Shown here: piece after piece, positions 58,640-64,000 of the stretch | Position numbering within the stretch: position 1 is the stretch's first letter | Layout: each line of letters opens with the position of its first letter | NCBI GenBank assembly: GCA_963575745.1 | Contig: CAUYUJ010000083.1 | Location: forward strand, 1 to 64,000 | Direction: 5' to 3' | Source of the DNA: Prorocentrum cordatum | Lineage: Eukaryota | Length of the DNA stretch: 64,000 nt | The notes under the pieces: generated by a model | Told to the model about the DNA's origin: nothing | Databases searched by the model: none | What the model saw: the letters and a program-made list of their open reading frames with translations, nothing else | Position numbers and translations under genes: made by a program

Positions 58640-61600
58640 GTTCGGAAATGTCCGTTGGGATCTTGCGGGGGGGCTTCTTGCGGGCCTCTTGGAGCAGTTT
58701 CGAAGGCTCTTGGGGGGCCGTTTTGGGGCCTCTTTGTGGCTTCTTGGGCGCCTCTTGGAACGTCTTGGGGGCCTCTTGGGGGGTTATTGGGGCCTCTTTG
58801 GGGCCTCTTGGGGCCTCCTGAGGGCCTCTTGGGGCGTAAGGCTGGGTTTTCTGGTGCGTGGTCTCTCTCTGGAACCCCTCTTGGGCCCGTCTCCGGGAGG
58901 TTCTTGGGCCGTTTTGGGCGGCTCTTGGGCCGTCTGGGGGCTCTCTTGGGCCGCCTTGGGCGGCTCTTGGACCGTCTGGGGGCTCTCTTGGGCCGTCTTG
59001 GGGGCGTCGTGGAGGCCTCTTGTGCTGTCTTGGAGCAGTCTTGGGAGCTTCTTGGGCTGTCTTGGAGCGTCGGAAGGCCGAAAAGGCGAAAATTACGAAA
59101 ACATCGGAAAAAACAAATGAAAATCAACGATTTTGGCCTTTTGGGGCGCTCCTCGGGGGCCTCTTGGAGGTCTGTTGGGGCGTCTTGGAGGTCTCTTCGG
59201 GCGTCTTGGAGCCCTCGTGGGGCGTCTTGGAAGCCTCTTGGGGCCTCTTGGGCGCTTCTTAGGGCGTCTGGGCGGTCTCTTGGGGCGTCTGGAGGCCTCT
59301 TGGAACGTCTGGGGGGCCTCTTGGGGCCTTCTTGGCCCGTATTTGGGCCCTTTTGGGCCCGGAAGAGCGTCGTGAGTCGCTCGTAGTCGGCACCCCCCCC
59401 CCCTCCAAATCGACCGGACCGGGTTCCCGGGGGAGGGGTTTGGGGAGGGGGAATTATCTCACACGCCGATGATCCCCAAGGGGTCGGCGGATATTTTCTA
59501 CAAAATTTCGAATTTTCTTGAAGCTCTTTTGGGCCCTCCCTGTAGATCCTTGCGAGCCTCCCCGGCGCTTTCGGTGGCTTTCCCCGATGGTCAGATGGGC
59601 TTCGACTTCGACGCACATCCCCGAGAGACTTCGACACTGTCCTCAATAGGAGGGGGGTGAACGAGCAGTGCGCTGGGCCAAGCTGCTGGAGCGCTGCAAG
59701 AGCTCGGACACGAAGGCGCGGTCTCGCTGCCGCCGCCCGAGCCGCCGCCGTGTTTGTACATTTTCGGTACAATCTGCGCCGTTCCTCCGATAACCATTCC
59801 AGAAAGATGTCGTGGACGGAGTCCACGGGTCAGCCCTAGCCTCTACTACATTGCAGGAGCACGTGCGTGCCAGAAGGGCGCAGGCTCAAATAACTCAAAA
59901 CCGCCCTGGGCTGGCCCCGGGCCGCCCCGGGCCGCCCAGGCAAGCCCCAGGACATGTCGAGAGGGCCCCCAGAAGCCCCCAAGACGGCCCCGGAGAGCCC
60001 CGGCACGCTTAATGATGGGCCCAAGACGCCCGAGATTCGCCCCAGGCGGCCCAAGAGGCGTCCAAGACGCCCGAAGAGGCCTCCCAAGAGGCCTCCCAAG
60101 AGGGCCCCGAGCGACAGAAATCGTTGATTTCTACTGTGTTTTTCTATGTTTTCGGCCTCCTCGCCTCGTCGGCTTCCCGACGCTCCAAGACGGCCCAAGA
60201 AGCCCCCCCGACCGCTCCAAGACGGCCGAAGAGGACCCCAAGAGAGCCCCAAGACGGGCCAGGAGGGCCCCCAGACGGTCCCAAGACGCCCCAGGACGGC
60301 CCCAGGACGGCCCAGGAGGCGCCCAAGACGGCCCAAGAGGCACCCAAGACGACCCCAGGAGCGGCCCAAGACGGCCCACGACAGCCCAAGAGGCGCCGAG
60401 GCGGGTCTCAGACGGCCCCAAGACGGCCCAAGAGGCACCCAAGACGGCCCGAGAGGGCCCTAAGAGCCCCCCCGGGAGGCCCAAACGAAGGCCGAAGAGG
60501 CTCCGAAACGGCCCCCACGAAGCCTTCAGTGCCTTCAGAATTCCCTCCAGGAGCGGGGGAGCGGACGAGAGGCGACAGGCATATTGCAGGCAAAAACGCC
60601 CCAAGAGATCCCCAAACGGCCCCCACGAAGCCCTAAGTGGCCTCAGAATTGCTTCCAGGAGGGGGGGAGCGGACGAGAGGCGACCGGCATATCGAAGGCA
60701 CAAAAGAACAATGTTGGACGCTCCGAGGGCCTTCGATGTTTCTCCGTTGGGGAGAGTCGTCGTAGGATCGACGATTGCCGACCGAGGCCAGCGAATCCAG
60801 TGGAGGCCCAAGAGGCCCCCAGGAGCCCAAAAGAGATCCCCAAGAGGTGCCATTGGGCTTAAAAACTGCTTCGAAGCGAGGGGGGCGGACGAGGGGACTG
60901 CCTCAGGAGGTTTTGGACGGTTTTGGGCTTCAAAATCGTCCGCTTTACGACGGTTTTGGAAGGATTTTGGCCTTCTCGCCTTTTCCGCTTTCCGACGCTC
61001 GAAGACGGCCCAAGAGGCCTCCAAGAGCGCCCCAGAACGGCCCAAGAGGTTTCCAAGAGCGCCCCAAGACAGCCCAAGAGGGCCCCAAGACGACCCAAGA
61101 GACGCTCAAGACGGCCCACGAGGGCCCGAAGACAGGCCCAAGAGGGGGCCAAGAGGGGGACCACGGACCGAAAATCCGAGCCTTCCGCCCCAAGAGGGCG
61201 CCAGGAGGCCCAAACAGGCCCCCAAGAGGCCCCAAGGGGCCGCCAAGAATCCCCCGAAGAGGCCCCAGGAGGCTCCCAAGGAGCCCAAACGAGGCCCCTA
61301 CAGAGGCCCCAACAGCTTCCAAAATGGCCCCGAAGAGGCCTCGAGCCCGCCTCCGAGCTTCCTCGCCGCGAGGGTGCCAACACGGCCCCAGACCGGCCCA
61401 GGACGGCCCAAGGCGCGCTCAAGACGGCCCAAGACGATTCCAAGACGGTCCCAGGAGGGTGCGCCCAGGACGGCCCAAGGACGCGCCCGTTCGGGGCCTC
61501 AAGACGGGCCAAGATGGCAAGAGAGTCCCAGCTGGCAAAAATCGTTAATTTTCCATTGTTTACTGTTACACCCTTTGCGTTTCCCGCCGTTTCGGCGGTC

Positions 61601-62805
61601 CGATGCACCAAGAGGCCCCAGAAAGTCCCAGGAGGGTCCGAGGAACCGCCCAGGAAGGCCCCAAGACGGGCCAAGACGGACCCAGCACAACCCAAGGCGC
61701 GCTGCGACGGCTCAAGACGGCTCCAAGACAGCCCCAAGAGGGTGCCAACACGGCCCCTGCTGGGCCCAGGACGGCCCAAGGAGGCGCACAGGAGGGGCCC
61801 AAGACGACTCCAAGGCGGCCTCCTCACGGTCCCAGACGGCTCCAAGACAGCCCCACGAGGACCCCGATGGGCCCAGGACGGCCTACGGACACGCCCATGA
61901 GGGGCCCACGACGAACCAAGACGGCCCCATCAGGGCAAACGGCGCCCTCAAGACGGGCCTAGACGGCTCCAAGACGGCCCTTTGAGGGAGCCAACGCGGC
62001 GCGGGACGCCAACCCTGGGGCCCGTGGGCCCCGCGCCGCTTGGGCAGAAGACGAACGCCAGGTCTGACAGGCCAGCTACCGCCCCCCTTTGCCCGATATG
62101 CTGTGCCATTCTGTTCCCCCAGGGGCCTTGGCAAACTCTTCGGGCCAAGCAGACCGGACCCCTGGGACAGCAGCCAATTGATATGACCCTGGGACCTCTC
62201 CGCATTCTTCGGACGAGCATCTGGGGGGCCCAGGAGATTCGGACATGTCTTCCCCATTCCTTGCCCTGTCCCGTTCTGTTCGCCCGAAGGCCTCCACAGA
62301 CCCTCTGGGCGAACAGAATGGGACATGGCGAACAAACCCTCCCGTTGGCGGTGATGCGACTGGATCGCACCATCAAGGCGCGCCCGGAGGTGATGGCCGA
62401 CCCAACAGCGGTTTCTCTTAAGAGTTCACTGGATTTCAAATTTTCTTGAAGCTCTCTTGGGCCCTCCCTGTAGATCCTTGCGAGCCTCCCCGGCGCTTTC
62501 GGTGGCTTTCCCCGATGGCCTCCCGAGCCCTTCCCCGAGCGCTCCTGAGACGCCTCAGATGGGCTTCGACTTCGACGCACATCCCCGAGAGACTTCGAAA
62601 CTGTCCTCAATAGGAGGGGGGTGAACGAGCAGTGCGCTGGGCCAAGCTGCTGCAGCGCTGCAAGAGCTCGGACACGAAGGCGCGGTCTCGCTGCCGCCGC
62701 CCGAGCCGCCGCCGTGTTTGTAGATTTTCGGTACAATCTGCGCCGTTCCTCCGAGAACCATTCCAGAAAGATGTCGTGGACGGAGTCCACGGGTCAGCCC
62801 TAGTC
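58640..62805. repeat. CCCAAGA satellite (inverted 58640-59370) with units X (59513-59860, 62443-62805) and Y (61972-62420)
   Basis: Near-identical to blocks in 37780-41345. Confidence 0.9.
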
Positions 62806-62910
62806 AGCTACAACGCTGGGACCAGCGCGTGCGAGAAGGGCGAGCAGTGGCAGCGGGCTTTGGCGCTGCTCCGCGAGATGCGCGAGGAGAAGCTGGAGCC
62901 CGACGCCATC
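62806..62910 (+). CDS. Single PPR repeat fragment (SYNAGTSACEKGEQWQRALALLREMREEKLEPDAI)
   Basis: Canonical 35-aa PPR motif, similar to 32962-33270. Confidence 0.8.
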
Positions 62911-62969
62911 ACCCCCGTGGGGTCGAGGAGGAGGAGGAGGGCGAGGAGTGCGAGGGCGAGGGCGAGGGG

Positions 62970-62975
62970 GACGAC

Positions 62976-63054
<79 letters not shown>

Positions 63055-63184
63055 CTGGCGATGCTAATGATGCTGCTGATACTGATGATGCTGCTGATGA
63101 TGCTGTTGTGGCTAATGATGCTGATGATGCTGTTGATGATGATGCTGATGCTCCTGCTGCTGCTGATGATGATGAAATGACGAC

Positions 63185-63275
<91 letters not shown>

Positions 63276-63345
63276 TCGAGCATGATGATGATGCTGATGT
63301 TGCTGCTGCTGATGAGGATTATACTGTTGCTGTTGCTGTTGCTGA

Positions 63346-63397
<52 letters not shown>

Positions 63398-63398
63398 C

Positions 63399-63469
<71 letters not shown>

Positions 63470-63491
63470 CTGGTGCTGATGCTGATGCTGC

Positions 63492-63523
<32 letters not shown>

Positions 63524-63530
63524 GTGGTGG

Positions 63531-63565
<35 letters not shown>

Positions 63566-63610
63566 CTGCTGGTACTGATGATGATGATGCTGGTACTGAT
63601 GATGATGAGG
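62970..63610. repeat. (GAT)n microsatellite
   Basis: Directly visible. Confidence 0.97.
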
Positions 63611-64000
63611 AGGAGGCTGAGGAGGAGGACCAATGGTATCGTCGCGGATTGTTCTTTTGCGACCAGCCTCATAAGGGGGTTCGCCATGGATGCTTTCGAT
63701 CCCATCCCTAGCCCTGTTAATTGTGATTTCGACGTCTACATAGAGGACCTCAGCCTCAGTTGCACGGGACGGCCCCGAGTGGTTGCTGTCACCCTGATCT
63801 CTGGAACTAGGGCTCTGGAGAATGCGGTGTGCAATGTTCTCATGTGCCAGCTCGCCATGGACAGGATAGGCATGGCCTCCAGTTCGAAGGCTGTGGCTGA
63901 CCACTTGGTCTCGGAGCTGGGGCCCCTAGTAGGCGGTCGAGCTTGCGCTCGAGTCACCAACTTAGGTGTGGACTTCACTGCTGGGCGCGCCCTTCGTGCC

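Noticed and set aside
63630..64000. Coding fragment at the window end
   Set aside because: Short, interrupted and without recognisable motifs.

Overview
A repeat-dominated, GC-rich eukaryotic window. The PPR-repeat style, the methyltransferase-carrying retroelements and the LINE architecture suggest a dinoflagellate genome; this is an inference. Almost all coding capacity belongs to retroelements. (1) A young 16.3 kb Ty1/Copia-order LTR element (41979-58314) has 285-bp LTRs with 2 differences, a 5-bp TSD AGGAC and an initiator-Met-type PBS. It encodes Gag, a Tudor-like domain, a Tpt1/KptA RNA 2'-phosphotransferase, a RING-H2 finger, a protease, two methyltransferase-like domains, integrase, RT and RNase H. 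It also has non-canonical AC...CT termini, a polypyrimidine hairpin where the PPT should be, a UGA-CGG plus stem-loop readthrough signal, and at least 27 strand-specific GCGGG-GNNA-CCCGC hairpins. (2) A tyrosine-recombinase (DIRS-order, split-direct-repeat) retrotransposon (22914-30628) has its RNase H interrupted by a DNMT3-like methyltransferase and a DUF4326-like domain. (3) Two decayed, divergently oriented APE-type LINEs each carry an extra 3' ORF. The rest is microsatellites, CCCAAGA satellite, composite duplications, a small TIR element, PPR and Sel1-like fragments, and a 100-N gap. All domain calls are by-eye motif recognition; no searches were run.
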